From an uncultured Vicinamibacteraceae bacterium (GTDB lineage: Bacteria; Acidobacteriota; Vicinamibacteria; Vicinamibacterales; UBA8438): DNA of 64,000 nucleotides. Each line of letters starts with the position of its first letter. The first letter of the stretch is position 1. Where the stretch lies: positions 3,428-67,427 of the forward strand of contig CAZYFH010000011.1 in NCBI GenBank assembly GCA_964646815.1, given 5' to 3'. Positions 1 through 8,953 of the stretch are shown piece after piece. Made by a program: the position numbers and the translations under genes. Under the pieces are notes generated by a model. The model had not been told where the DNA came from. It ran no database searches and saw only the letters and a program-made list of their open reading frames with translations.

Positions 1-1
1 A

Positions 2-376
2 AACCGGAGATGCGACGACCAGTGCGGCGATGGACCAGCGTAGCGTCTCGCGCGCGAACTCCACCGCGGCGGCGCCAGCGGCTGGATCGGGAAACGCCTG
101 ATTGATGAACTGAAACACCAGCTGGCCGAGGTTGAAGGCGCTGACGTAGAGCGTGGTGAAGAGCAGAAGGTGCATGAAGGCGTCGCGCGCGGAGAGATTC
201 GGCCGTGGGCGCGGAACGGGAATGGGAAACTCGACCTCGGCGAAGCTCGTCAGTGCTCCCTGCACGTCACCCACGGCCCAGCCCGCTCGTCCCAGCACGT
301 CTTTCAGGTCCGCCCGTGACACGCCGTGCGCGAGCCCGTCCTTGATGAAACTCCGTAACTCCTCGCTCGTGGCCAT
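2..376 (-). CDS. hypothetical membrane protein, 3' end cut by window edge
   Basis: ATG at 376 (MATSEELRSFIKDGLAHGVSRADL...) stays open to the window start. It has a hydrophobic stretch LLLFTTLYVSAFNLGQLVF and lies 13 nt downstream of the MarR stop on the same strand. It is absent from the ORF track because no stop falls in the window. Confidence 0.45.
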   Translation of the reverse strand, partial: MATSEELRSFIKDGLAHGVSRADLKDVLGRAGWAVGDVQGALTSFAEVEFPIPVPRPRPNLSARDAFMHLLLFTTLYVSAFNLGQLVFQFINQAFPDPAAGAAAVEFARETLRWSIAALVVASPV

Positions 377-389
377 GATTTCTTCCTCC

Positions 390-833
390 CTACGAGGTCT
401 CGTCGAGCCGGTCGACAACCCGACGGATGGTCTCGACGGTCCGCTCGAGATCGACGGGGGCCATTCCCCGGGACACGGACTCTGACCACCGCGCGCCGAT
501 CTCAGTAAGCTGAGTCGCTAGCTGTCGGCCAGTCTCGGTGAGTCGCACGAGTGGTGAACGCGCGTGATCGGGGTTGCGCTCGAAGGCTAGGAGCTCATCC
601 TGGACCAGGAGATCCGCGACGCGCTGCACGCTTTGCCGTGCCATGCCCATCTGGCGGGCGATCTGCGGCACCGTGCGTGTCCGTTCCTCGACTGCACCGA
701 TCACCTGCCAGCGGGCCTGGGTCTGCCCGACGGGCGCCGTCAGCGCCGCGCCGTGGCGCAAGAGAGCTCCGTTGAGGCGGAAGATCTCGAGCACGAGCCG
801 TCGAAGCGCCGCTGGAGCGCGGGTCGATTTCAA
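390..833 (-). CDS. MarR-family transcriptional regulator
   Basis: 147 aa. Winged-HTH core TVPQIARQMGMARQSVQRVADLLVQDELL..RNPDHARSPLVRLTETG is typical of MarR. The apparent start is TTG, so the start is uncertain. Confidence 0.85.
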   Translation of the reverse strand: MKSTRAPAALRRLVLEIFRLNGALLRHGAALTAPVGQTQARWQVIGAVEERTRTVPQIARQMGMARQSVQRVADLLVQDELLAFERNPDHARSPLVRLTETGRQLATQLTEIGARWSESVSRGMAPVDLERTVETIRRVVDRLDETS

Positions 834-835
834 TA

Positions 836-870
836 TGACAGCACAGTGTCATAACGACAGCATAATGTCA
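836..870. promoter_or_regulatory. two tandem palindromic sites, candidate MarR operator
   Basis: TGACAGCACAGTGTCA (836-851) and CGACAGCATAATGTCA (855-870) both have GACA-N6-TGTC arms. Their centres are 19 nt apart and they lie immediately upstream of the MarR start in an AT-richer stretch. Confidence 0.5.
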
Positions 871-959
871 ATTGTTCCATGCCGCCCTCGTGCCGCACCA
901 GAGCGCTGTGTCCACATCCACTGAGCCGCAATGGCCTGTTTCTAGAACAGGCGAAGGTT

Positions 960-1530
960 CGGGCGCAGACGCCACACCGGGGACACCGCATGAACACCGG
1001 GCTTGCCGATGGTCGCCACGCGCGGCGCGCGCGCTGCTGCGCCGACACCGCATCTTCAGCCTGGTCAAGGCCGTGCTGCTCAATCCACTGCCCTACGAGG
1101 ATCCCGAGCGCCTCCGCGTGTTCTGGGAAGTCAATGCGGAGGCAACCTCGCACAGGTGTCGATCCCGACCTTCGATGATTGGCGCGCGGAGAACCGAAGC
1201 GTGAAGACGGTAGCCGACTACCGGCAGTTCAACTACAGCTGCGTCCGCGACGGCGATCCGCGTGATGTGTTGAGCGTGAAGGAGACACCCGATCTGTTCG
1301 CCGTCCTGGCGGCGGAGGCCCAGCTCGGGCGTACCTTCGTGGCAGATGAAGCGGTGGTTGGACGGGACCATACCGCGGTGCTCAGCCACGGATTGTTGGA
1401 GCAGTCCCTGGGCGGCCAGGACGACGTGGTCGGCACGACAATCGACCTCCACTAGGAGCCCTACACCATCATCGGTGTCATGCCGCCTGGCTTCGCGTTT
1501 CCGACGAGCACCGACGCCCTACAAACGGCT
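960..1530 (+). pseudogene. remnant of an ADOP/MacB-like ABC permease (N-terminal periplasmic domain only)
   Basis: The fragment is split over two frames. Frame 1 reads IFSLVKAVLLNPLPYEDPERLRVFWEVNAE and frame 2 reads FDDWRAENRSVKTVADYRQFNY...AVLSHGLLEQSLGGQDDVVGTTIDLH, then a stop, then EPYTIIGVMPPGFAFP. The pattern matches the MacB/FtsX periplasmic core, and the roughly 600 aa C-terminal remainder is absent. Confidence 0.6.
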
Positions 1531-1773
1531 ACTACAATCCACTAGGCAACCCGTCGAATGTCATCGCTGACAGTCCCGCGTGCCCGCACAGCTCATCGGA
1601 GGCGAGATAGTCCACGTGAGACTTGAAGTCGTCCAGCACCTGGGCATCGGCACTGACGGAGAGCACGCTCAGCAGGGCCACGGCGAGCTAGGGTGGCTTC
1701 CGGTATAGCCCCACAACGGAATCCTCCACCGCAACGAGACGGACGGCGACACCGGTCGGCACCGTGGGCCATC

Positions 1774-3129
1774 TCAGGGGTCGTTTCGGTACACGCGTCC
1801 GCCCTTCATCACGAAGTGCACCGCCTTGAGTGCGTCGATGTTCTCCAGGGGGTTCTCTGGAGTCGCGATGATATCGGCGGCGAGGCTGGGTGCGATGCGT
1901 CCACGCTCTGCATCGATCTTCATGAGCCGGGCCGCGTTCGTCGTCATCGCCTGTAGGATCGCGGGTGGCGGGACACCCGCCTCGACCCATACGTCCAGGT
2001 AGTCCAACATCATCTCGGCGCGCGTCCGACCGGGCGGACTGATGATCACATCGGTGCCAAACACCAGCGTGACCCCGACGTCGTACGCGCGTCGCAACCG
2101 GTCGTGGATGCCCGCCGCCGCCGCCGCCATCCCGTCGGCGGCCTCCGCTGGTCCGAGCATCTGGAAGTGCTCGGTGGGAAAGTCGGTTCCCACGAGCACC
2201 GTGCCGCGCGCTTTCATCAGGCGCAGCACGTCATCGCTCAATTGGAAGCCGTGTTCGATCGAATCCGCACCGCCGAGGACGACGTTCCGTGCCGCATCGT
2301 CGCTCGTGACGTGGACCGCAACCGTGACGCCGGCGCGATGGGCCTCGTCGACCGCCGCCCGGATATCGTCCTCCGAGTAGTAGTAGCGCTGGTCATCGGA
2401 CACGAGCTTGATCGCGTTGGCGCCGTAGTAGAGATTTCGGCGGATCGCCTTACGGATCTCGTCCGGCGTGTCGGCGTCGATGTATTCGAGTTGCCAGAAT
2501 GGCCCAATGTCCGGTGGCATTCCCACGCTCTGGCCGCCAAACGGCGCAATGATCTTGCCCGCGGTCAGCAGCGTCGGCCCGTCGATGAAGCCGCGGTCGA
2601 TCGCCGTCATGAGCGCGGTCCCGGCATAGTCGGCGTCGTTCCCGACGTTCTTGACGGTCGTGAACCCCGCGTCCAGGATCACCCGCGCATTCCGGGCGCC
2701 TCGCAACGCCCGAAGTGCGGTGCTCTCTCGAAGCCACTGCGTATCCGGTCCATCCGCGCTGGGCCGCACTGCGGTCGTCAGATGGACATGCGCGTCCATG
2801 AGACCGGGGAGGACCCACGATTCGGACAAGTCGACGACGTCGGCGCCGACGGGCACTTCTACAGTGTCACCGACCGCGGTGATCCGTCCCGCCTCGACGA
2901 GGATGAGCTGGTTCGCGGTGCTGGTGCCTGCGTCTGGGTCGATTAGGTGACCAACGCGGAGGGCCACGGTCTGGGCGTGGAGCGAACTGGCCTCGAGGAG
3001 CACCAGCATAGCTGCCAGCCCGGCGGCACGTACCGCGGCAACCCCGCTTGGATGAACCGGCAGCAGGTCGCTCACCATGTATTTAAAAAGGCCTTCCAGC
3101 CTCGCGCCGCAGACCTTGAGCGGTGCCAC
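1774..3129 (-). CDS. amidohydrolase-family metallohydrolase, secreted
   Basis: 451 aa. It has an N-terminal signal-like segment, LPGLMDAHVHL metal-binding His motif, later HV..D and HG motifs. The start may be the internal Met at 3078. Confidence 0.8.
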   Translation of the reverse strand: MAPLKVCGARLEGLFKYMVSDLLPVHPSGVAAVRAAGLAAMLVLLEASSLHAQTVALRVGHLIDPDAGTSTANQLILVEAGRITAVGDTVEVPVGADVVDLSESWVLPGLMDAHVHLTTAVRPSADGPDTQWLRESTALRALRGARNARVILDAGFTTVKNVGNDADYAGTALMTAIDRGFIDGPTLLTAGKIIAPFGGQSVGMPPDIGPFWQLEYIDADTPDEIRKAIRRNLYYGANAIKLVSDDQRYYYSEDDIRAAVDEAHRAGVTVAVHVTSDDAARNVVLGGADSIEHGFQLSDDVLRLMKARGTVLVGTDFPTEHFQMLGPAEAADGMAAAAAGIHDRLRRAYDVGVTLVFGTDVIISPPGRTRAEMMLDYLDVWVEAGVPPPAILQAMTTNAARLMKIDAERGRIAPSLAADIIATPENPLENIDALKAVHFVMKGGRVYRNDP

Positions 3130-3155
3130 GGCCGTCCGTCGTCGGCGCCCTCGCC

Positions 3156-4472
3156 TTAGTCCGCTCCGATGCTTGGCACGACGCCAGGCACCGCGTTACC
3201 GGCGATCCACACCGATTCGATCGATCGGCTGTTGCTGATGTCGGCGGCTGGATTCGCGCCGTAGACGACGAAGTCCGCCTGCTTTCCGGCAGCCAGCGTC
3301 CCGACATCGTCGAGATCCAGACAGGCGGCCGCGTCACCGGTCGCCGCGACGATGGCCTGCATCGGTGTGAGGCCGGCGTCCACCATCAGGTCGAGCTCGC
3401 CGTGCTCGAAGTAGCCCTGGAACCGCGCGGCGGGGCCGGTGTCGGTGCCCATCGCGATCCGCACACCCGCGTCGGCAAGCATCTTGAGGTTCTTCTTCGC
3501 TGTGTCGAGCTGGACCTTGTAAGTCTGCGCGCTCGAGCTGTTTCGGTAGCCTTCCTGCCGTTCCGGGTCTTCGAGCGCCGCGAGCACTGCAGGGTCCGCA
3601 TCTTTCAAGAAGAACGGATCGTCGAACCACTCGGGACGCTCTTCGTACACGTAGGTAGAGACCTCGCGCATTAGCGTCGGACAGACGCAGACGTTGCGGT
3701 CAGTGAGGAGGCCAATCAGTTCGTCGTCTACATCGAGATCGCGCACGCTGTGCGCAACGAAATCAGCGCCAGCCTCGAGGAGCCCCTTGGCGTCCTCGAG
3801 ATAGTAGAGATGGGCAGTCAGCTTCAGATCGCGGGCGTGCGCCGTCTCGATCACCGCTTGGTAGATTTCACGCGGCATTTTGTTGGTGACGCCGAGGTTG
3901 TCGTCGACCCGGATCTTGATGAAGTCGACGTTCATGTCGGCCGCGGCGTTCACCCGCTCGGCGGCCTGCTCCGGCGAGTCGGCCGTGATGACCGGTCCGG
4001 CGACCCGCAGCCGCGCATGCGACAGGTCGGGCCCTTCGCGGTCACGGACGGCAATCCCCTCGGGGCCGTCGCCGCCGAGGCTGACGACGGTCGTCACCCC
4101 GTACCGCGCGTAGAGACCGAGCTGATATGCGACGTGGTCCTCGGTGTAGTAGGCCGGGTCGGCTTCGAGGCCGCGGACGTTGTTGACGTGCCCATGTGCG
4201 TTGATCAGGCCGGGTGTGATGGTCTTGCCGGTCAGGTCGATGCTCGTGGCATCTGGCGGCACGTCGATGGCGTCGCCCGGTCCCATCGCTTCGATGCGGC
4301 CGTCACGGATGACCATCGTCCCGCCTTCGATCGTGTCACCGTCACCGACGATCAGACGCGCCCCGGTGAACGCCATCAGTCCTGGCGTTGGCTCGACCGG
4401 TTCCGGTTCCGGCGCGGCGCAGGCCGCCATCATCACCGTGACCAGCCCAAGAACGAACAGTTGCTTCTTCAT
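3156..4472 (-). CDS. amidohydrolase-family metallohydrolase, lipoprotein
   Basis: I place the start at MKKQLFVLGLVTVMMAAC (lipobox-like LVTVMMAAC) rather than the track start at 4640. It carries TPGLINAHGHV metal motif and is a paralog of the neighbouring gene. Confidence 0.8.
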   Translation of the reverse strand: MKKQLFVLGLVTVMMAACAAPEPEPVEPTPGLMAFTGARLIVGDGDTIEGGTMVIRDGRIEAMGPGDAIDVPPDATSIDLTGKTITPGLINAHGHVNNVRGLEADPAYYTEDHVAYQLGLYARYGVTTVVSLGGDGPEGIAVRDREGPDLSHARLRVAGPVITADSPEQAAERVNAAADMNVDFIKIRVDDNLGVTNKMPREIYQAVIETAHARDLKLTAHLYYLEDAKGLLEAGADFVAHSVRDLDVDDELIGLLTDRNVCVCPTLMREVSTYVYEERPEWFDDPFFLKDADPAVLAALEDPERQEGYRNSSSAQTYKVQLDTAKKNLKMLADAGVRIAMGTDTGPAARFQGYFEHGELDLMVDAGLTPMQAIVAATGDAAACLDLDDVGTLAAGKQADFVVYGANPAADISNSRSIESVWIAGNAVPGVVPSIGAD

Positions 4473-4659
4473 CGCGATCCCCTGCATAACGGCGTAGTGG
4501 CCTGTAATCGCCATTTGTAGAGCGATTTCCGTCCTGGACGCCCCGCCTACCAGCGGTGTTCCTCGGTCACACACATATACGGAACATGCTCCCTCGTCAC
4601 GCCTTGCCAGCCGGGCGTCGTGGCACGAACCGCACTCCACAAATGGCTGTTACAGGCCA

Positions 4660-7368
4660 CTAGTTCTGGCCGCCGCCACTCTCCTGCATCTCCTGCAACA
4701 CTTCGCCCAGTCGTTCGATCTCCTCGCCGTAGAGCGCCCAATCGCCGTCGCGTTGGGCGCGGAGCGCGCGGGCATAGTGGTCCTGCGCCAGCGTGATCGG
4801 TGTCAGCGTCGGGTCGGGTGTCGTTGGCAGGACGTCGGCGAGAAGCGTCGTCGCCGGGAGCACGGGCGCGCCGGGCGCGCCGCCGAACAGGCGGCTCAGC
4901 GCCTGGTCGAGCGTTGCCTCCATGACGATCTGGTTTTGATACGCGACCACGACCTGCTTCAGCTCGGGGATGCGCCCGCCCGACGCACGCAGATACAGCG
5001 GTCGGATGTACAGGAGCGCCTCCTCGATCGGAATGACCAGCAGCGTCCCCTGAATGACCTCAGACCCCTGCTGATTCCACAACGAGATCTGCGGCGAGAT
5101 GTCCTGGTCCTGATTGATCCGCGCGACGATCTGCGACGGGCCGAAGACGACTTTCTGCTTCGGAAACTGGAAGACGAGCATCTTGCCGTAGTTGTCGCCG
5201 TCGCTGCGGGCGACCATCCAGGCCGCCATGTTGTTCTTGCCCAGCGGCGTGAACGGCAGCATCTGGATGAACTCGGCCGAGTCTTCACCCGGCAGACGCA
5301 TGATCGTGTAGTACGGCTCCATCTGCTCGTTGTCGATGACCGGCACCTCCCACTCGTCCTCCCGGTTGTAGAAGACGCCCGGGTTGGTCATGTGAAAGGT
5401 CGAGTACACCGCCGTTTGCAGCGAAAAGATGCCCTCCGGATACCGGATGTGTCTCTTGAGGCCTTCCGGCATTGCCTCGAGCGGTTGCAGCAGTTCTGGG
5501 AAGATCTTGCCGAGCGTGATGCCGAGAGGATCGTCCGGTTCGGCAAGATAGAACGTCGTGGTGCCATTGTACGCGTCGATAACGACCTTCACAGAGTTGC
5601 GGATGTAGTTGATGCCGGGCGTAACCGGCGTGGAGTACGGGTAGTGGTCGGTGACCGTGTACGCGTCACGCATCCAGAAGAGCTGGCCGTCGGAAATCAC
5701 GAGGTAGGGGTCGGAATCGTATTGCAGAAATGGCGCGATGGTATCAAGCCGGTCATAGATGTTGCGGTGGTAGAGCACCCGACTTGCCCCGGTCACGGGA
5801 CCGCTCACGAAGAGCTCGTATGAGCGGAACCGCAGGCTGAACAGGAGACGTCGGAACAGGCCCCCGATCTCAATGCCGCCCCTCCCGTCATACCGCGTCT
5901 GGATGTTGTCCTCGCCCTCGGGGTAGTGGAACTCGTCGGTTGTTGTGTTGACGAGCACGTAGTCGTTCGACAATTCGCCGAAGTAGATGCTCGGTTCATC
6001 GACCTCCAGATCTATCTCGGAGCGGGGCGGCAGATCCTGGATGAACAAGACCGGCAGGCCCTCTGGCGTGACCTGGTTGACCGGGCCGAGCGCAACACCG
6101 AACCCATGTGTGTACTGCAGGCGCTCGTTCACCCAGGACCGGTTCGGGAGGCTGTCGGAATTCAGCTCTCGGATCGATAGCATCGTCTGTCGATACTCGC
6201 CGTCGACGAAGTACCGATCGTTGTCGACCGATGCAAACTCGTAATAGGTGCGGATTTCCTGGATCTGCGCAAACGTATCGAGCAACGGTCGGTGGTCCCA
6301 CAGGCGGATGTTGTTGATCGTCTCGGCGTTGTTTTCGATGTCGCGTAAGGTCAGCAGCGCATCGCCCGAGACCTGCCGCTCTTCCACGACGTCGAGGTCG
6401 AACGCGTGCCGCGTCGCGGCGATGTTGTGGACGAGATACGGCGCTTCTCGCCGCTGCTCGTCCGGCGTCACGACGAGCTGCTGTAGCAGGAACGAGACGG
6501 CACCGCCGCCGATCCACACGATGAGGTAGCCGCCGATACTGACGGCGACGGGCCAGGTCGTCGCCGACATCGCGGCGTAGGCCATGGCGCCGGCCGCGAG
6601 GACCGACACCGCCATCAGCACGCGAAAGACCGGGAGCCGCGCAGCGACATCGACATAGGACGCGCCGTGGACGATTCCCGCCGGGGTGATCAGCACGCGC
6701 GGCATGTCGAGATAGGCGCCCCAGGCCAGCAGCAGGAACATCGCCGAGCCGAGCAGCAGCAGGTGCTGACGCGCGCGTGGTCCGACGCTCAGCCCGTCAG
6801 GTCCGAGACTGACCTGGCTGAAGACCACGTACGCCGCCGTCGAGCCGATCAACGCCAGCATGACCAGGGCGAGACACGCAAGCCGTACGGCGTCGAGGAA
6901 GGGCAGCGTGAAGATATAGAACCCAGCGTCGCGCCCGAAGAGCGGGTCGGCTTCTCCGAACGGCGTTGCCTCGAGGAAGCGAAGGACGGTCATCCACTGG
7001 CTCGAGCCGATGCTACCGAAGAAGAGCGCCAGCAGCCCGGCTACCGCGACGGCCAGCAAACCGAGGTGCCGCCGCTCCAGCACGATCGGCTGCAGATCGC
7101 CCCCGCCCGGGAAGACGACATACGGCCGGTTGGGACCGCGGATGGCCACGCGAAAGTTGCCGAACAGAAAGAGAAACGCCGGTACGAACAGCGCGAGCCC
7201 GACGAGACCTTTCGTGGCGAGGCTCTTCAGGAAGACGCTCTGATACCCGGTCTCGCCGAACCAGAGCCAATCCGTATACAGCTCCGCGAACCACGGGAGC
7301 GCGACGATCAGGAACAGAGCAATCAGAGCGAACGCGAATCTGGTAAACATAGGCTTGTCTCGTTGCAC
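4660..7368 (-). CDS. UPF0182-family large membrane protein
   Basis: 902 aa. The N-terminus FAELYTDWLWFGETGYQSVF, followed by multiple TM helices and a large soluble domain, is characteristic of UPF0182 (COG1615). Confidence 0.8.
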   Translation of the reverse strand: MQRDKPMFTRFAFALIALFLIVALPWFAELYTDWLWFGETGYQSVFLKSLATKGLVGLALFVPAFLFLFGNFRVAIRGPNRPYVVFPGGGDLQPIVLERRHLGLLAVAVAGLLALFFGSIGSSQWMTVLRFLEATPFGEADPLFGRDAGFYIFTLPFLDAVRLACLALVMLALIGSTAAYVVFSQVSLGPDGLSVGPRARQHLLLLGSAMFLLLAWGAYLDMPRVLITPAGIVHGASYVDVAARLPVFRVLMAVSVLAAGAMAYAAMSATTWPVAVSIGGYLIVWIGGGAVSFLLQQLVVTPDEQRREAPYLVHNIAATRHAFDLDVVEERQVSGDALLTLRDIENNAETINNIRLWDHRPLLDTFAQIQEIRTYYEFASVDNDRYFVDGEYRQTMLSIRELNSDSLPNRSWVNERLQYTHGFGVALGPVNQVTPEGLPVLFIQDLPPRSEIDLEVDEPSIYFGELSNDYVLVNTTTDEFHYPEGEDNIQTRYDGRGGIEIGGLFRRLLFSLRFRSYELFVSGPVTGASRVLYHRNIYDRLDTIAPFLQYDSDPYLVISDGQLFWMRDAYTVTDHYPYSTPVTPGINYIRNSVKVVIDAYNGTTTFYLAEPDDPLGITLGKIFPELLQPLEAMPEGLKRHIRYPEGIFSLQTAVYSTFHMTNPGVFYNREDEWEVPVIDNEQMEPYYTIMRLPGEDSAEFIQMLPFTPLGKNNMAAWMVARSDGDNYGKMLVFQFPKQKVVFGPSQIVARINQDQDISPQISLWNQQGSEVIQGTLLVIPIEEALLYIRPLYLRASGGRIPELKQVVVAYQNQIVMEATLDQALSRLFGGAPGAPVLPATTLLADVLPTTPDPTLTPITLAQDHYARALRAQRDGDWALYGEEIERLGEVLQEMQESGGGQN

Positions 7369-7467
7369 CAGCGGCAGGACCGCGTCCGACGGCTCGGCAG
7401 CCTTGACCTAGTCGGTGCACCTCGAAGGGTACGTGAGCCGGTTGACTCGGTGCAACCTCCGAGTCCA

Positions 7468-7481
7468 CCCCCCCCCCCCCC
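7468..7481. repeat. homopolymeric C14 tract followed by AGGGGG
   Basis: Read directly: 14 consecutive C then A then G5. It lies in the divergent intergenic region between the UPF0182 gene and the peroxiredoxin gene. Confidence 0.9.
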
Positions 7482-7617
7482 AGGGGGCTGATAGACTCTC
7501 CCGGTCTTGCCGTCGCCGTCCGCGCGCGCTGACTGACGAGCGTCGGGCGGTCCCCGAGCCGTGACGGTGACAACCGAAGGTCCTCGAAACCCTCGAACCT
7601 CGCAACTGGAGATCCCC

Positions 7618-8079
7618 ATGCCGCTCACTGTCGGCGACACCGCCCCCGATTTCGAACTGAACAGCCACCTCGGCGGCACGGTCACGCTTTCGATCTTTCG
7701 GGGCAACACGAACGTAGTCGTCGCGTTCCATCCGCTGGCGTGGACGCCGGTCTGCGCCAATCAGATGAAGGCGTACGAGACGGAACGGGACTGGTTCGCC
7801 GAGCACGACACCCGCGTCCTCGGCGTCAGTGTTGACGCCGTGCCGTCCAAGATCGAGTGGGCAAAGAGCCTCGGCGGGATCTCGTACGACTTGCTGAGCG
7901 ATTTCCACCCACACGGCGCCGTGGCCGAGGCGTTCGGAGTGGCGCGTGAGGGTGGAATCTCGGAGCGGGCGATCTTCGTTGTCGACAAAGCCGGGACCAT
8001 CGCGTTCGCGAAGGTCTACGACCTCCCGACGTTGCCGGACAACGCGGAAGTCCGCCAGGCGATCGAGCGGCTAGGTTAG
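7618..8079 (+). CDS. peroxiredoxin (AhpC/TSA family, 1-Cys or AhpE/Bcp-like)
   Basis: MPLTVGDTAPDFEL...VVVAFHPLAWTPVCANQ carries the peroxidatic Cys motif. GGAG lies 8 nt upstream of the ATG at 7618. The track start at 7561 is a GTG extension. Confidence 0.85.
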   Translation: MPLTVGDTAPDFELNSHLGGTVTLSIFRGNTNVVVAFHPLAWTPVCANQMKAYETERDWFAEHDTRVLGVSVDAVPSKIEWAKSLGGISYDLLSDFHPHGAVAEAFGVAREGGISERAIFVVDKAGTIAFAKVYDLPTLPDNAEVRQAIERLG

Positions 8080-8407
8080 TCCGCACGTAGCGACCGCGCG
8101 ATATCGACGTCGAGCGCGAACATGGGCTTGCCATCCGGTCCGATGCCGACCTTCTTCGTGGCGGGCGCGTCGTCTCGACGGAGCGCGATGTGATGTACTG
8201 ACCGGCCAGGACGGCGGGAATTGACTGCCCGGCTCGGGCATCAAGAAGATCGTCAGTATCGGAAACAGGCCATTTTTGTAGACGACTCGGCTGGTTCTGC
8301 GGGAAGCCACTCCCAAGCTATCGCTGAACTCCGCCTGGCTGTCAATTCCCACCCACTAGACAAAACGGACACGTTGAGGTAGATCAACTGAAAGGATCCC
8401 ACCCTCG

Positions 8408-8863
8408 ATGTCGAAGAAATATCGGCAGCGCGGCTATCAAGACGACGACCGCGACCGTCCATCCGTTGCCGCGCCGCGAGAGCCGAAGGGCGACGGCCGG
8501 CCGCGACGCGGCTATGGGCCGCGTGAGCCGCGCAAGGTCAACATGCCGGGCTTCCACGACGTCCTGAAGTGCGCACGGTGTGGTGCGTCGCTGACCGGGG
8601 CGATCCGCTTCGATTCGCAGTGCTCACAGTGCTCCGCCGACCTCCACAGTTGCGCGCAATGCACCTGGTTCGACACGAGCAGTCAGTTCGAATGTGGGCG
8701 ACCGATCCCGAAGCGAGTGTCCCCGAAGGACGAACGGAACGACTGCACCTACTTCGAAGCGCGCATCACCGTGGAGCGCGAAACGCGCTCAGCGCCGCCG
8801 ACCGCGGAAACACGGCCGGCGTCTGGTAACGCGCGACAAGCGTTCGACGACCTGTTCAAGTAG
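8408..8863 (+). CDS. hypothetical Cys-rich (zinc-ribbon-like) protein with basic disordered N-terminus
   Basis: 151 aa with CARCG..x..CSQCS..x..CAQC..x..ECG cysteine pairs and a coding-like GC3. I do not recognise a family. Confidence 0.55.
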   Translation: MSKKYRQRGYQDDDRDRPSVAAPREPKGDGRPRRGYGPREPRKVNMPGFHDVLKCARCGASLTGAIRFDSQCSQCSADLHSCAQCTWFDTSSQFECGRPIPKRVSPKDERNDCTYFEARITVERETRSAPPTAETRPASGNARQAFDDLFK

Positions 8864-8953
8864 CCCCAACGACGCCAGGGTTCGGGCGTGTCCGGCTCGT
8901 GGATGTGCTCTTCGCCGGCCGCCACCCGTGCGTCATCTGCGATAATTCGACTG

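Noticed and set aside
8080-8407. A possible gene or ncRNA in the 330-nt gap after the peroxiredoxin, including ORF 8071-8352 (-) and a frame reading HHIALRRDDAPATKKVGIGPDGKPMFALDVDIARSLRAD*.
   Set aside because: The listed ORF has no coding signature. The better-looking frame has no start codon for 54 codons, so at most it is a C-terminal remnant. I could not identify a convincing RNA fold.
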